Below, one piece after another: positions 1 to 10,528 of a stretch of DNA of 64,000 bases. Under the pieces are notes generated by a model, which saw only the letters and a list, made by a program, of their open reading frames with translations, was not told the origin of the DNA and did not search any database. The stretch's first letter is position 1. Every line of letters begins with the position of its first letter. This stretch comes from a virus (lineage: Duplodnaviria; Caudoviricetes): positions 940 through 64,939 of IMG/VR virus record IMGVR_UViG_3300001847_000332; one strand, written 5' to 3'. The position numbers and the translations under genes were made by a program.

Positions 1-2542
1 CTTCAGAATACTGTCCTACTAGCGAATCCACGTCGGCATCCGTCAGGTTGACGTTCATGCTTTTTGCGACGTTCCTGACTTCTTCGCTCGTGGTCGTTCC
101 TCGATTGATATAGTCAGTGATTGCAGCTGTCTTATTTGGGCTTCTGTAGAGGTCTAGCGCCAGCTTGTTGACTTCCTCTGACGTGCCTTTATATCCCTCG
201 CTGTCGAATTGACGCTGAACCAACTCTTTAAAGTTCACCGGCAAATTCTTGTCGCGGCCTTCGGTCAGGAAATGCGTTGCGGCGTTGGCCGATGTGACAT
301 TGTTGGCAATGCCGTATTCATATGCGTTGAAGCTCGGATCAATTGCTTTGGCGGCAGTGTTTTGAACTTGTGCTAGGTACTCATTTGTTGCGGCGGCCAT
401 CCGATTTTGTGCCGCATTTATTTGCGAAGTTTGCTGCGCCACTACCTGATCGCGTTGCGTTTTAAGCGACTGGCTATACGCATCATTTGCTGCAAGCTGC
501 TGCTTGTAAAAATCAACCTGAGATGGCGGCATCCATGATGGCGCAGACGCTAACTGTTGTTTAAGCTGAGTATCTTTGATAGCCGCCGTTTGCATTTGGC
601 TATCAAGCGCCGATAATCTGGAGTCAAACGCAATTTTAACTGACTGCACACTTTGCGCGGCATTTGTCAGATTGGAGCTGTTCAAATTGTTGATGATCGA
701 TTGAACAGCAGATTTTTTATCTTCTGTGCTCATGTTTTTGTCGGAATAAATAGCGATTGCCGCATTTCCGACAGAATCGCTAATTATTGACTTGGCTGCC
801 GCTGGAGCATTTTTATATGCTGCCGACTCCGCAAGCAACGCAGCTATTGCACCGGGCTGTCCAGTAACAGTTTTAACGGCTGCGGGGTCAAGCATGCCCC
901 ACATTTCGGACATAAGATCGCCCGAGGTTCGGCGCCCCGCTAGTTTGTTAATTTGCTCTTCGGTAAGCGGCAAGCCAATGTCTTGAGCGATCTGTTTTAC
1001 TTCCGCAGGGGTTTGGATGTTGCGGTCAATATAGTTGGCAACCATATCGCGCGGATTGACCGCGGTTGTTTTTCCCCAGCCGCCATATGAAGCGGACGAC
1101 ATCTCTTGTACAAGATTTTTGAGGTCCGTCGCGTTAGCATCAAATCCTTGTGCGCGTAGCTCACGAGTTGCCGCGGTTTCAAAATTTGTGGCGAGGTTGT
1201 CCTTATACCCAGATGTAAGATAGTGCTCGTAGGGGTCTGTTGCCTCAGGATGCAGGGCTTGGTATTGCGCCGCATTGAAGTGGTCGTCCAAACCCGCAAC
1301 CATTGCCTGCTTAGTTTGGCCGACAATGCTTGCCGTTTCTGAACTAATTTTGTCGCTGTTAGCCTGAAGATCGCCAGTAGCGATGTCATACTGATCCAAC
1401 ACGCTTTTGTGTTCCTGTTTTAGAACCTCAAGCTGTGTTGAAATTTTGTCTAAATCTTGTTGGTGCTGCTCCGCGTATAGATTCAAGGAATCGGTGGTTG
1501 AATTGATCTTATCGATCAAGCCATCTTTTACCATTGAATAAGCAACTTGCGATTCAGATACCGTGTAGTACCCCAGATTTCCGACTTGAACTTGTTTACC
1601 AATAGCGGACATTCTGCGGTCATATTCAGCCATCAACGATTCCCGCTCTTTCAACTTGGCGTTGATAACGTCAGCAATTTCGTTGTAATGATCCGCAAGC
1701 GTAGTCTGCGCAGCTTCGTTAGTTTTAATTGCTTCCTGTGAGCTCGCCGCTTTTTCGTAGTTTTTCTGCGCATCCGACACGTACTGTTGCAAGTTGCTCT
1801 GCGCGAGTTTGCCAAGATACTGGCCGGTTGATTTCAGTAACCCTTGTTTAGCAGCGTCGGAAAAGTTTGTGCCTGTTAGCACGCTGGCAAGGGTATTGCT
1901 CACCGTACCAAGTGCGATTTGTGCGGCAGCGGATTTGTTTGGGTCTCCGATAAGTTTTTTGAACTCAGGAGACACGTTGAGTGCTTTACTCAAAATGTCC
2001 GATGAGCTGATTGCCGCATTAATTGCCGCTTGAGAAGCATTTTGCCCGGTTATACCCGCTGCCGTAGCCGCTTTGATTGCGTCCTGCCCAACTTTGCCTA
2101 TTGATTTCCACGCATCATTATTGGCAAGCGCGATGTCCAACGCTCCAACCACGCCTTGCGCTGCGCCCGACAGCGCGCCGATACCAACGTTTTGTTTTTT
2201 GATTACTGACTCAGTAATCCCTGCGGCTACATTTGACAATACTTTGGAAGCAATTTGCCCCGTTGTTCCCGAGATCGCGGAACTTACCTGACTTCCAACG
2301 AACCCTCCAACTTTCGCACCCGCGTAAGATGCGGCGCCACTAGTGATTGCGTTTTTTAGCACGTCACTAACCCCGCCTCCGCGAATCGCGGTAGAAAGCC
2401 CTGAAATGGCTCCCGCGCCAATCGCCGTTGCTACCGTGCCTGTAACTGTAGCTCCAACCAATGATGCCAAGGCTGTGCCAATCGTGGCAGAAATGCCGGT
2501 AACCGCCAATCCACCTAATGCAATAGCTGCTACAAAGGGCAT
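1..2542 (-). CDS. N-terminal part of a very large internal virion/ejection protein (runs off the window start)
   Basis: Not in the ORF track because it has no stop in the window. ATG at 2542 opens a frame (MPFVAAIALGGLAVTGISATIG...) that stays open to base 2; Gly/Ala-rich N-terminus then coiled-coil-like region. Confidence 0.8.
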   Translation of the reverse strand, partial: MPFVAAIALGGLAVTGISATIGTALASLVGATVTGTVATAIGAGAISGLSTAIRGGGVSDVLKNAITSGAASYAGAKVGGFVGSQVSSAISGTTGQIASKVLSNVAAGITESVIKKQNVGIGALSGAAQGVVGALDIALANNDAWKSIGKVGQDAIKAATAAGITGQNASQAAINAAISSSDILSKALNVSPEFKKLIGDPNKSAAAQIALGTVSNTLASVLTGTNFSDAAKQGLLKSTGQYLGKLAQSNLQQYVSDAQKNYEKAASSQEAIKTNEAAQTTLADHYNEIADVINAKLKERESLMAEYDRRMSAIGKQVQVGNLGYYTVSESQVAYSMVKDGLIDKINSTTDSLNLYAEQHQQDLDKISTQLEVLKQEHKSVLDQYDIATGDLQANSDKISSETASIVGQTKQAMVAGLDDHFNAAQYQALHPEATDPYEHYLTSGYKDNLATNFETAATRELRAQGFDANATDLKNLVQEMSSASYGGWGKTTAVNPRDMVANYIDRNIQTPAEVKQIAQDIGLPLTEEQINKLAGRRTSGDLMSEMWGMLDPAAVKTVTGQPGAIAALLAESAAYKNAPAAAKSIISDSVGNAAIAIYSDKNMSTEDKKSAVQSIINNLNSSNLTNAAQSVQSVKIAFDSRLSALDSQMQTAAIKDTQLKQQLASAPSWMPPSQVDFYKQQLAANDAYSQSLKTQRDQVVAQQTSQINAAQNRMAAATNEYLAQVQNTAAKAIDPSFNAYEYGIANNVTSANAATHFLTEGRDKNLPVNFKELVQRQFDSEGYKGTSEEVNKLALDLYRSPNKTAAITDYINRGTTTSEEVRNVAKSMNVNLTDADVDSLVGQYSE

Positions 2543-2545
2543 GGT

Positions 2546-2959
2546 TTACAGCTCCACGTAATAGGCCGTTGTGTCTTGGCCATTAGGCATTTTTACTTCT
2601 TGCGTTTTGAATACCTTCACTCGTTTTGCAAGAATTTTGAATTTTGGGTCATTTGAGTAGCTATAAACTACTTTGGCCCCGATGTTTTTTAAATAATTTA
2701 CTAAACTCAACAAATGTTTGGATAACGCAATTCCATCTTCGTTAACCGATAGGGTATGAAATTCCACTACCCCTTTATCGCGCACTAAAACTAAAAACAA
2801 GGTATTTCCAAAATGTATTAGTTTGGCGCCATCCTCCTGCACTACTTGAGCCAGTTGCAAGATTAGCTGGTCGGCTTCTTGAGGAGTACTGGTATTTTGT
2901 TTTGCATACTCCTGAACAAGATTTTGAATGATTTGAGCATCCTTGTTTTCCATAATCAA
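2546..2959 (-). CDS. hypothetical protein in the virion operon (possibly GNAT-like)
   Basis: 137-aa ORF overlapping the upstream stop (ATGA-type coupling); the fold guess is positional only. Confidence 0.6.
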   Translation of the reverse strand: MIMENKDAQIIQNLVQEYAKQNTSTPQEADQLILQLAQVVQEDGAKLIHFGNTLFLVLVRDKGVVEFHTLSVNEDGIALSKHLLSLVNYLKNIGAKVVYSYSNDPKFKILAKRVKVFKTQEVKMPNGQDTTAYYVEL

Positions 2960-4305
2960 TCCGTCAAATCAATGAATGCTAGCCCGCCGATGGCGTCTCC
3001 AGTGCCCGTCAATACGCGCACTCCGATGGTGTAAATGTCGCTAACTCCAGCGATGGTGGAACCCAACTGGAGATCAAAGTTATATCCTGTCGGGCCTACC
3101 GATGATCCACGTGACTGATTGGTAGCCGACGAATAATCCAACTGTACACACGTACCGTCCGTCATAGCCGATGCGGTAATGTCATATTCCACGTTGTTGA
3201 ATGCTGTTGTTACCCATGACGCACCCGTGAGCGTTGAATTTTTGACCAGTTGTATCTCGTAGTTGCCAGAACTTGTTGGGAATACCGTTACTAACTGTGG
3301 CAACACCACTGCATTCAAACGCGTACTTTTTAATCGAATCGATACTAACGGAATTAACGTCGTCCCAATGGATGCCAGCGCACTAGTACGACGTGCGATT
3401 TGCTGTTTGACTTGCTGCTCATATCCGCCTTCGGAAATTACGGTGGAGCAAATTTGCTTCATCGTTGAAGATGATGCGGTAGCGCCGGTATTAGTAATTT
3501 CATAACGGACGGGCAAAATTGCAGTAGTCATATAGACCTTAGCAAGGTCATTGGCATTGTTGAACGTATGACAAATGATCAGTTGCCCGTTGATAACGAA
3601 ACCACACCGCACGGAACCCACTCCCAGCCACTCCAGGTCGCACCAAAAAATCTGAGATTTGGTGGTATCCAGCGTGTATCCACTGTCTCCTGTGCCGTCC
3701 AGTTTGTCGCCGTTCCAGTCTGCCTGATTGACTGTTCGGGCATCACTTACCGTGCCACTAGTGTAGGTTCGCAACACAAACGATTTTGTCGTATCCGCTT
3801 GTTGGAAAAACACGCCGTTTTGAGAATTAAAGTACCCTACCCGCTGGCGCAAGTTGGTCTTGGCGGCGTTCATCACAAACGTGCACATCACTTCCAAACT
3901 TTTGCCCGGCTGATACGGCATACAGCGATAAGTTTGCCGTACAACCTCGCTACCTGAACTAGTTGTCACATTTAGATCAAGTGTACTTTCATTAGATTGA
4001 TACGTTGTGCTGCCGCCCGTTGCCGTTGAAGTGTCAAACTGGTCATCCGCTTGAAAACGATTTTGGCTGTCAAACAACGTCATCGGTTCGCTCATGCGAG
4101 CACGACCAAAAGCGTCAAGAGCAGTCCCGTAAAAACCTACCTGATATGGTCCTTGATTTGCCACGAGTTGCCCCAGTACATAATTGAGTTGGTTGAAGTA
4201 CAACCGCAACACATTTGAATACTGTGCTGCCCATTCGGAGTTGTACTCTACGGGACCGTTTGGCAATCGCGGAACCGCGGGCATCCGAGCTTCAACAATT
4301 GACAT
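2956..4305 (-). CDS. virion structural protein with beta-rich domain
   Basis: 449 aa; N-terminal PRLPxxPxEY...LRLYFNQL segment followed by a DAFGRxRxSxPxTLFDSQ domain seen in phage structural proteins. Confidence 0.65.
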   Translation of the reverse strand: MSIVEARMPAVPRLPNGPVEYNSEWAAQYSNVLRLYFNQLNYVLGQLVANQGPYQVGFYGTALDAFGRARMSEPMTLFDSQNRFQADDQFDTSTATGGSTTYQSNESTLDLNVTTSSGSEVVRQTYRCMPYQPGKSLEVMCTFVMNAAKTNLRQRVGYFNSQNGVFFQQADTTKSFVLRTYTSGTVSDARTVNQADWNGDKLDGTGDSGYTLDTTKSQIFWCDLEWLGVGSVRCGFVINGQLIICHTFNNANDLAKVYMTTAILPVRYEITNTGATASSSTMKQICSTVISEGGYEQQVKQQIARRTSALASIGTTLIPLVSIRLKSTRLNAVVLPQLVTVFPTSSGNYEIQLVKNSTLTGASWVTTAFNNVEYDITASAMTDGTCVQLDYSSATNQSRGSSVGPTGYNFDLQLGSTIAGVSDIYTIGVRVLTGTGDAIGGLAFIDLTD

Positions 4306-4307
4306 GG

Positions 4308-6173
4308 CTACCTCCGGCCATCAGGACGCACATCAATTCGGGGGGCCCCCAATTGCCAATTTACGCCTAAATCTGTGCTTTCAATTTTCATTGCGAGTTG
4401 CCTGCCCCTAACGCGTATATAAACTTGTCCGGTAAATTCTTCTACTGGAATTATCGCAGTGCGCGTTACTGCGGCGTTGTTTACCCCTGCCACTGATTCG
4501 GGATCATTGTATCCACTTCCCGAATTTCGCAATGGGTCAAGATATAAAGTTACACTTGGCGATGTCGCTGATGATCCTCGGAATGTTATGTCCGGTAAAA
4601 CACGATAGATAAAACTGAAATTATGGCCGTCGTCAATATCAAATTCCGATGACTGAACGTAAGCATCGATTGCGGTCAACGTTCCTGTTGTACCGTCATC
4701 CGTTCCATATTCATGATTCACAATATTATTGACGTATGTTGCGGCAAGTGGGTATGCACGCAATCCACTATCCAACCATGCTGTACGAGCCATATTGCCG
4801 TAGTACCAAATATCTTCCATGTAATTGTAAATTACATATTTATCAATTGACGTGGAATCGCTTGAACAATAAAACCACCACACTTCATTAAACCCTTCAT
4901 TGGTGCCCGCAAAAATTTGCCCGTATTGAAGAGTATTGATATTTCCAAAAATGTGCTGACGAAGGTCACAGCGAAGCGTTGATACACGACCATCATATTT
5001 ATAAAACTTATCCACACCCATCCAATAAACTACGCCAGACGCTAACGCCATTGCGTTTTGAGACGGCACAGAAATGTTGTCGCCCAACAACTGAACACCC
5101 CAAACTTCAGGGGCGCCCAAATACTGCAACGAATACATAGAGCTATCTGTCCAAACCAAAATTTCTTGGCGTGCTTGCAAAGCTCCAATGATTTCGGAAC
5201 CGTGTGAAAGCCTAATGCTTCCCGCCTGCGATGTCGCTGATGGAGTCCAGTTTGCTGCGTTTTCTTGATCCGACCAGCGAATTAGCATCGGGTCAAATAA
5301 TGCGCTGCTGATGTCCTCTGTACCAAACGCGAACACAAACCTGCTCTGGTCTGAGACAAACACAAAATTTGCTTGGACTGGAGTATCTGATGCTCCAGCC
5401 AGCGTACTAATATTGACGCCGCGAGTTGATAGCCCTGCGCTTGCATCCCAATAATAAATTCCGCCACCGCGCGGGTTAAAAATCAAATCCTCACCAAAAT
5501 TGCTTTGGCTCCACAACCGTAGGCTGTCTGACGCTGACGTTGTCCCCCATGATCCACTTGACCACGCCCCCGCGCCCCAACCAGCCAAGGGCACAGAGAA
5601 CTCTGGCCCCGTATTGATTTGATATGCCGCAGTCACTGTTCCGCCGCCGGGGGAGCCTGCGGCGTCCGTCGCGTTTGCCGTGGCTGCTACAGTAATCGTG
5701 TAAGAATTTGTGTTGATTACCGTTACCGCATACTCTTTGTTCAAAACACTGGCTGTGATATTTCCTCCCAAACCCGTCGCGCCGGAAAAAGTGACATAGT
5801 CACCGGTCACGCAGCCGTGAGCCGTATCCGCTACCGTAATAACAGATGACGCATTCGTTGCCGTAAATGGATTGGTTAGAACGGCCGTATCCCTAATTGG
5901 AGTAATGTCGTAATAATCGGCACCCAATTCAATGTAAAACTTTTTATTTGTCCCAATTCCCAACAAATTCAAACCGGATAAAGTGATCCAGTTCCACAAC
6001 GAACGCGCATACCCCAAAAAGGTACTTGCGCTGATTCGTTGCCATCCGCCGAGTTTTTCAGGCGTCCCTTGCCGAAATCTAATTTTGTCGCAGGAATACC
6101 AACCACCTTCATTGGTATATCTTGTGTTTTCCCTATTTACGCCGGCACGCGGCAGGATTTTCTTCAACGGCAT
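4308..6173 (-). CDS. tail hub / DNA stabilisation protein (P22 gp10-like)
   Basis: 621 aa; IRWSDQE and ARTAWLD motifs; position between lysis and ejection genes. Confidence 0.7.
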   Translation of the reverse strand: MPLKKILPRAGVNRENTRYTNEGGWYSCDKIRFRQGTPEKLGGWQRISASTFLGYARSLWNWITLSGLNLLGIGTNKKFYIELGADYYDITPIRDTAVLTNPFTATNASSVITVADTAHGCVTGDYVTFSGATGLGGNITASVLNKEYAVTVINTNSYTITVAATANATDAAGSPGGGTVTAAYQINTGPEFSVPLAGWGAGAWSSGSWGTTSASDSLRLWSQSNFGEDLIFNPRGGGIYYWDASAGLSTRGVNISTLAGASDTPVQANFVFVSDQSRFVFAFGTEDISSALFDPMLIRWSDQENAANWTPSATSQAGSIRLSHGSEIIGALQARQEILVWTDSSMYSLQYLGAPEVWGVQLLGDNISVPSQNAMALASGVVYWMGVDKFYKYDGRVSTLRCDLRQHIFGNINTLQYGQIFAGTNEGFNEVWWFYCSSDSTSIDKYVIYNYMEDIWYYGNMARTAWLDSGLRAYPLAATYVNNIVNHEYGTDDGTTGTLTAIDAYVQSSEFDIDDGHNFSFIYRVLPDITFRGSSATSPSVTLYLDPLRNSGSGYNDPESVAGVNNAAVTRTAIIPVEEFTGQVYIRVRGRQLAMKIESTDLGVNWQLGAPRIDVRPDGRR

Positions 6174-6180
6174 ATTTTCC

Positions 6181-6693
6181 TCACGCCATCATGGTCGTTG
6201 CTTCTTGTTTGACTTCAGCCACGCGCCTGCCCCAGCCACGTCCAAACGCGCTCCATGTAGGTAGTTCTTCCAGAAAAGCCAGTCGAATCGCGTTATAACC
6301 TTCGATCAACAGCCGTGTGTCGGCGGCTTTAACCGCCGCCATTGTTGCCGGGCCAAACGCTCCGTCCACTTTTACCTCTAGTGCCTGTTGAAGCCACTTG
6401 ATAGCCCGCCCCGGTCCGCTGTTCACCGCCGCATCAAAAACCGCATAATCAATACCTGCGGGCAAATGATCGCCACATACCTTGTCCCAGTATTTGCGTT
6501 TGTAAAACGGTGTGATTTTTTCGACGGTCAGCTTTTTGATTTCATCGACCGTGGCTGGACGGCCGACCCACTCTTCCCAAGCGGCCTTCGTAACGCCCAT
6601 ATTGGTAGCGCCGCCGGGGTCTTGCGGATGATCCACAAAGCCGCCTTCGTGCTTGAGTAACCGGGCTAAGGAGCTGCTAAAGTTTTCTTTCAT
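6181..6693 (-). CDS. endolysin, glycosyl hydrolase family 108 with peptidoglycan-binding domain
   Basis: HEGGFVDHPQDPGGATNMGVT, FDAAVNSG and FGRGWxRR motifs; start trimmed to MKENF. Confidence 0.92.
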   Translation of the reverse strand: MKENFSSSLARLLKHEGGFVDHPQDPGGATNMGVTKAAWEEWVGRPATVDEIKKLTVEKITPFYKRKYWDKVCGDHLPAGIDYAVFDAAVNSGPGRAIKWLQQALEVKVDGAFGPATMAAVKAADTRLLIEGYNAIRLAFLEELPTWSAFGRGWGRRVAEVKQEATTMMA

Positions 6694-7099
6694 TGGCTGA
6701 CCGTGCTGAGAGGATTTTCTCCAAGGTTCGGCCACCGAAATATGCGCTCATTACGAGCATGCCCCACTGTCCCAGCAGGGTCACATAACTTTCGGAGACC
6801 TTGAACCCGATCCCATCTAGCACGGCCAGTAGCAGGTAAGCAGAAAGCAGGTAAATCAGCGTCATCGGACGCACATTTTTGGATAGCCATGAATCGCTAC
6901 CCATATCTGCTTTCCACCTGTCAGAGACGCCGGTTGTCTCCGACTCAATACGCTTTGTTTCTTCCAGCATTTTAGCCAACTCGCCGTCCTGCGCGAGACG
7001 AGTCAGCTCTTCTTGGGCTTTTGCCTTGGCTTCGGGGTCAGGTATGACCTTATCGAGCAGTTGCGCTCCGACTGTTAGCAGCGTTTCCAGTCCAATCAT
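6677..7099 (-). CDS. holin (3TM-holin-like)
   Basis: DKVIPDP...RWKADM...KNVRP motif, hydrophobic segments, AYFGGRTLEK; directly upstream of the endolysin. Confidence 0.75.
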   Translation of the reverse strand: MIGLETLLTVGAQLLDKVIPDPEAKAKAQEELTRLAQDGELAKMLEETKRIESETTGVSDRWKADMGSDSWLSKNVRPMTLIYLLSAYLLLAVLDGIGFKVSESYVTLLGQWGMLVMSAYFGGRTLEKILSARSANERKL

Positions 7100-7111
7100 A
7101 CCCGCCCCCAA

Positions 7112-10100
7112 TCAGAAGAACACGAAGAAATTCCCGTTGGGGATATTCCACCCCGTGTTGTTGCCGCTATCCACTGAGTTTAAGGCATACCAGAATGCCC
7201 CACCTGCGGCCGTGGAATATCTCAAATCCAGGTAATTGGATGTAACCGTGCCCGAGGACTTGGATAGCGTCGCCGGAGTCGTGCTGGTTGCGTTGATGGT
7301 GACCAGATTCCCAGCCGTTCCGCTTACGCTCCAGTTGGTCACGGTCTGCGTGGAGCCGGACTCAAACGTAAATGTCGTAGGCTGGACGGAGTTATCAATT
7401 GTGGTGAACGTATTGCTGCCCGTTACCGTGAGCGCCCCCGCTCCCCCATTTCTCAACGTGCAGTTGTAAGCCGACCCGCCGCCCACAAACGTCTTGGCCG
7501 ACGCGGAGGTCATGGAGATAACGCCCGTGCCTGTGCCTGCTGTGGTAGTGAAGCCCGTCGGGTTGGCGTTGTTAAACGCAGTTGCACCACTGCCGGCAAT
7601 GACAAGCGTTGATCCATTAAAGGTAATATTTTTTGTGCCTGCTGATGTCGATAGCGTTCCAAGCGTTACCGATTTGCCATTTAGGTCAAAGGTGCCATTT
7701 GCCAATGTTAAGTTGCGAGTTGCCCCCATTACAAATGTATCTTGCGGCTGAACTGTCGCTCCTACAGCATTTATGCTAATTGGAAAATCAAACGTCTGGC
7801 CGTTAGCAGTAATTTTTTGCGTGCCAGAAGTTGCATAAAACCATATGGCATTTGCCCCTGAAATAGTCATTCCGCTACTAAACTTCAGATCTCCATAAAC
7901 CACCATCGTTGCGCCATTAGCCAAGGTGCCTGTAAACCCGGTGTAATCCACGTTTTTGAAACCATTAAACATGTTTACCGTATCCGAACCAGCAGTAATT
8001 GCTACGGACACAACATTGCTATCCGTATATCCTGAAGTAACTCTAAAATTTCTTGTTCCTGTCGAACCCGAATAATTTGATACAAACAACGGAGTACCTG
8101 TATATGAAAATCCTGTTGAATTGCTCAAATTGAGAACCGTAGTATTATTCCCAGTGAGCGTAATTTGGCCTGTCCCAAACGCAATTGCTCTTGTATTGGA
8201 GTTGTTTGATACCCATCCTACGCAAGTTAGTGTTTTGTTATTTAAGTCGACCGTTCCGGCTGTCAACGTAAATCCCGAGGACGCTGTAGTTGTAAAATTA
8301 TCTTGCAATGCCACAGTGCCACCACAGTTAACCGTGATGGGCTGGTCTATGGTTACGTTGTTAGAGGTGATTTGCTGGACACCACTAGATGACAAAAATG
8401 ACATTCCGCCATTGCTTGTTGCTACTGTGCACGTACTACTTAATTTTAAGTTTCCGTATATAAATCTATTTGTAGTTGAAGCTGCAACTGTCCCGCTAAA
8501 ACCAGAATAATCAAGATTTTTTATATAAGATGATGATGAAAATGCTACCGTATCAGACCCGGCTGAGATGTTGAAAGAAATTGCATTAGATTCAGACCCG
8601 CCACCGCTTTGATGAACGGCCAACGTGCGTGTTCCGGTACTGCCGCTATACGTTGCATTGACTATTGGCGTCCCGGTATAAGTAAAATTTGTTGCCGTCC
8701 CTGTATTCCAAATTGTTGCGTTATTGCCTGTAAGCGTAATGTTCCCAGTACCAAAAGCAATTGCGCGAGTCGTTGAGACGTTAGACCCGAACAGCACACA
8801 AGTTAGCGTTTTGTTATTGAGGTTAAGCGTACCTGCTACCAACGAGAACCCACTATTGCTTGTTTGCGTTAGGTTGTCTCCGAGCTGCACCGTCCCGCCT
8901 GGGCTATTGACCGTAATTGGCTGTGTCCAAGTGATACCCGCCGACGTGATCGTTTGCGTTGTGCCTTGTCCAGCAAATGTAATTGTATTGGTTCCGCTCA
9001 AGGTCAAACTGGAAAACAGCGTGACGTTACCGTGGATATTTGGTTGGTTGCCAGATGTGGATAGCGTAAATGCCGTCGTTCGATTGGACACCCCATCCGC
9101 CATTTGAATGGTACCAATCCACCAGTTTGTATCAATTGTGACCGTTCCAGCGGTTCCCGCTTCCGTAAAGGTTGCGGTGTCCTGCGGCAACGGAAAATTG
9201 TTGGCCGCTGGCGCCCCGTTGTTCGTTGTGGCCCATCCTGTAGAGGACCAATTCAACGACCCGGCGGCATTCCAATAAACCGTCTTGGGCGAAGCCGTTG
9301 TAATGCTGCTCACGTTTCCGGCGTTGCCCAGTCTCGTTCCTGTCCATGGAGTAGCAACGCTGCCAGCCGCTTTGATGTCACGGAAATCCACATCTGCCAG
9401 AGTTGCTAAAGAACCATTTAACGTCAGTGTCCGCTGTGTGCCAATAGTGTCCGAACCAACTTGAATCCGACGCACCGCTGTATTAGCTGCACCCAGCGTG
9501 AGTGCGCCTGAAATTGTTTGGTTTGAGTCAAACGTAACAATCCTATTCCCGTCAGCAGCCCGGCTTGTAAACGTCAAATTGTTGTACGTATTGGCCCCGG
9601 TAATCGTGAGCGTTCCAGACGCCGTGGAGCTTTGCGTGACGTTGTAATAGGTTAAGCCTCCACCGCTAAACACTTGTGTTGCGGCAGACAAAGTAATGGT
9701 AGATGTCCCGGCACTAAAGGTTAACCCGGTTGTTGTTGAAAACACCCATGCGCTACCACCACCTAATGTAATGGTCGATGAGCCTAAAGTTACACTTTTA
9801 GTTGCCGTGCCAGACGTTTGGAATGCTGCCGCAGATACGCTGTAGTTTCCCGTATCAAATGAGCCATTTACAAAAACTAATGTTCCCGTATTACTTCCGA
9901 TGGACAAAGCACTTCCAAGTGTCCATCCACCCCCGACTCCATCAAAATATATAGATATTGAACCTGGGATTCCTACACCATTGGTGGTTATCGTTTTCCC
10001 TGTTGTTGTGGATTTGAATCTCCACGTTGACCCCGAAGATATTGTTGCGGCGAAATTTGTTGCTGGCAGGGTCATTGACCCATAAATGTCCAAATATCCT

Positions 10101-10369
10101 AATGCTGCCGTTGCCAGCGTCATCGCGCCGTCCAACGCACCGCCTGCTCCGCCCGTAGCAAAACTATTGCACAGCGAGGGCGATCCCGACGTGCCATCCA
10201 CCGTAACCGTAAATGACCCAGTACCGGTATTGGAATTGGCATCAAAAAATACATCGTCAGCCGATGTGGGTAAGAATGATGCGTTCGGCGTGCCGCCTGT
10301 TGTATCCGACCAATGATTAGTCGCGTCTGACCAGCTACCTGTTCCGCCAACCCAATACCGATTTGCCAT
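7112..10369 (-). CDS. tail fibre / large beta-repeat virion protein
   Basis: 1085 aa, Thr/Gly/Ser/Asn-rich; MANRYWVGGTGSW start; internal repeats (LNNKTLTCV...TRAIAFGTG.ITLTGNN). Confidence 0.75.
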   Translation of the reverse strand: MANRYWVGGTGSWSDATNHWSDTTGGTPNASFLPTSADDVFFDANSNTGTGSFTVTVDGTSGSPSLCNSFATGGAGGALDGAMTLATAALGYLDIYGSMTLPATNFAATISSGSTWRFKSTTTGKTITTNGVGIPGSISIYFDGVGGGWTLGSALSIGSNTGTLVFVNGSFDTGNYSVSAAAFQTSGTATKSVTLGSSTITLGGGSAWVFSTTTGLTFSAGTSTITLSAATQVFSGGGLTYYNVTQSSTASGTLTITGANTYNNLTFTSRAADGNRIVTFDSNQTISGALTLGAANTAVRRIQVGSDTIGTQRTLTLNGSLATLADVDFRDIKAAGSVATPWTGTRLGNAGNVSSITTASPKTVYWNAAGSLNWSSTGWATTNNGAPAANNFPLPQDTATFTEAGTAGTVTIDTNWWIGTIQMADGVSNRTTAFTLSTSGNQPNIHGNVTLFSSLTLSGTNTITFAGQGTTQTITSAGITWTQPITVNSPGGTVQLGDNLTQTSNSGFSLVAGTLNLNNKTLTCVLFGSNVSTTRAIAFGTGNITLTGNNATIWNTGTATNFTYTGTPIVNATYSGSTGTRTLAVHQSGGGSESNAISFNISAGSDTVAFSSSSYIKNLDYSGFSGTVAASTTNRFIYGNLKLSSTCTVATSNGGMSFLSSSGVQQITSNNVTIDQPITVNCGGTVALQDNFTTTASSGFTLTAGTVDLNNKTLTCVGWVSNNSNTRAIAFGTGQITLTGNNTTVLNLSNSTGFSYTGTPLFVSNYSGSTGTRNFRVTSGYTDSNVVSVAITAGSDTVNMFNGFKNVDYTGFTGTLANGATMVVYGDLKFSSGMTISGANAIWFYATSGTQKITANGQTFDFPISINAVGATVQPQDTFVMGATRNLTLANGTFDLNGKSVTLGTLSTSAGTKNITFNGSTLVIAGSGATAFNNANPTGFTTTAGTGTGVISMTSASAKTFVGGGSAYNCTLRNGGAGALTVTGSNTFTTIDNSVQPTTFTFESGSTQTVTNWSVSGTAGNLVTINATSTTPATLSKSSGTVTSNYLDLRYSTAAGGAFWYALNSVDSGNNTGWNIPNGNFFVFF

Positions 10370-10372
10370 TCG

Positions 10373-10528
10373 TTACTCCGACTCTGCCGTGATGACGGCA
10401 ATCCACGCACTCAGCCGTTGTTGTTTCATCGCCTCGATTTCTGCGTCCGAGGGCGTTTCGCCATCAGGAAACCACAACGCATCCGAGAACTTGCCATGCT
10501 CAGTATCAAACGAGAAATCAATCTTCAT
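10373..10528 (-). CDS. small hypothetical protein, possible fibre chaperone
   Basis: MKIDFSF... start overlaps the upstream stop; 51 aa. Confidence 0.6.
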   Translation of the reverse strand: MKIDFSFDTEHGKFSDALWFPDGETPSDAEIEAMKQQRLSAWIAVITAESE

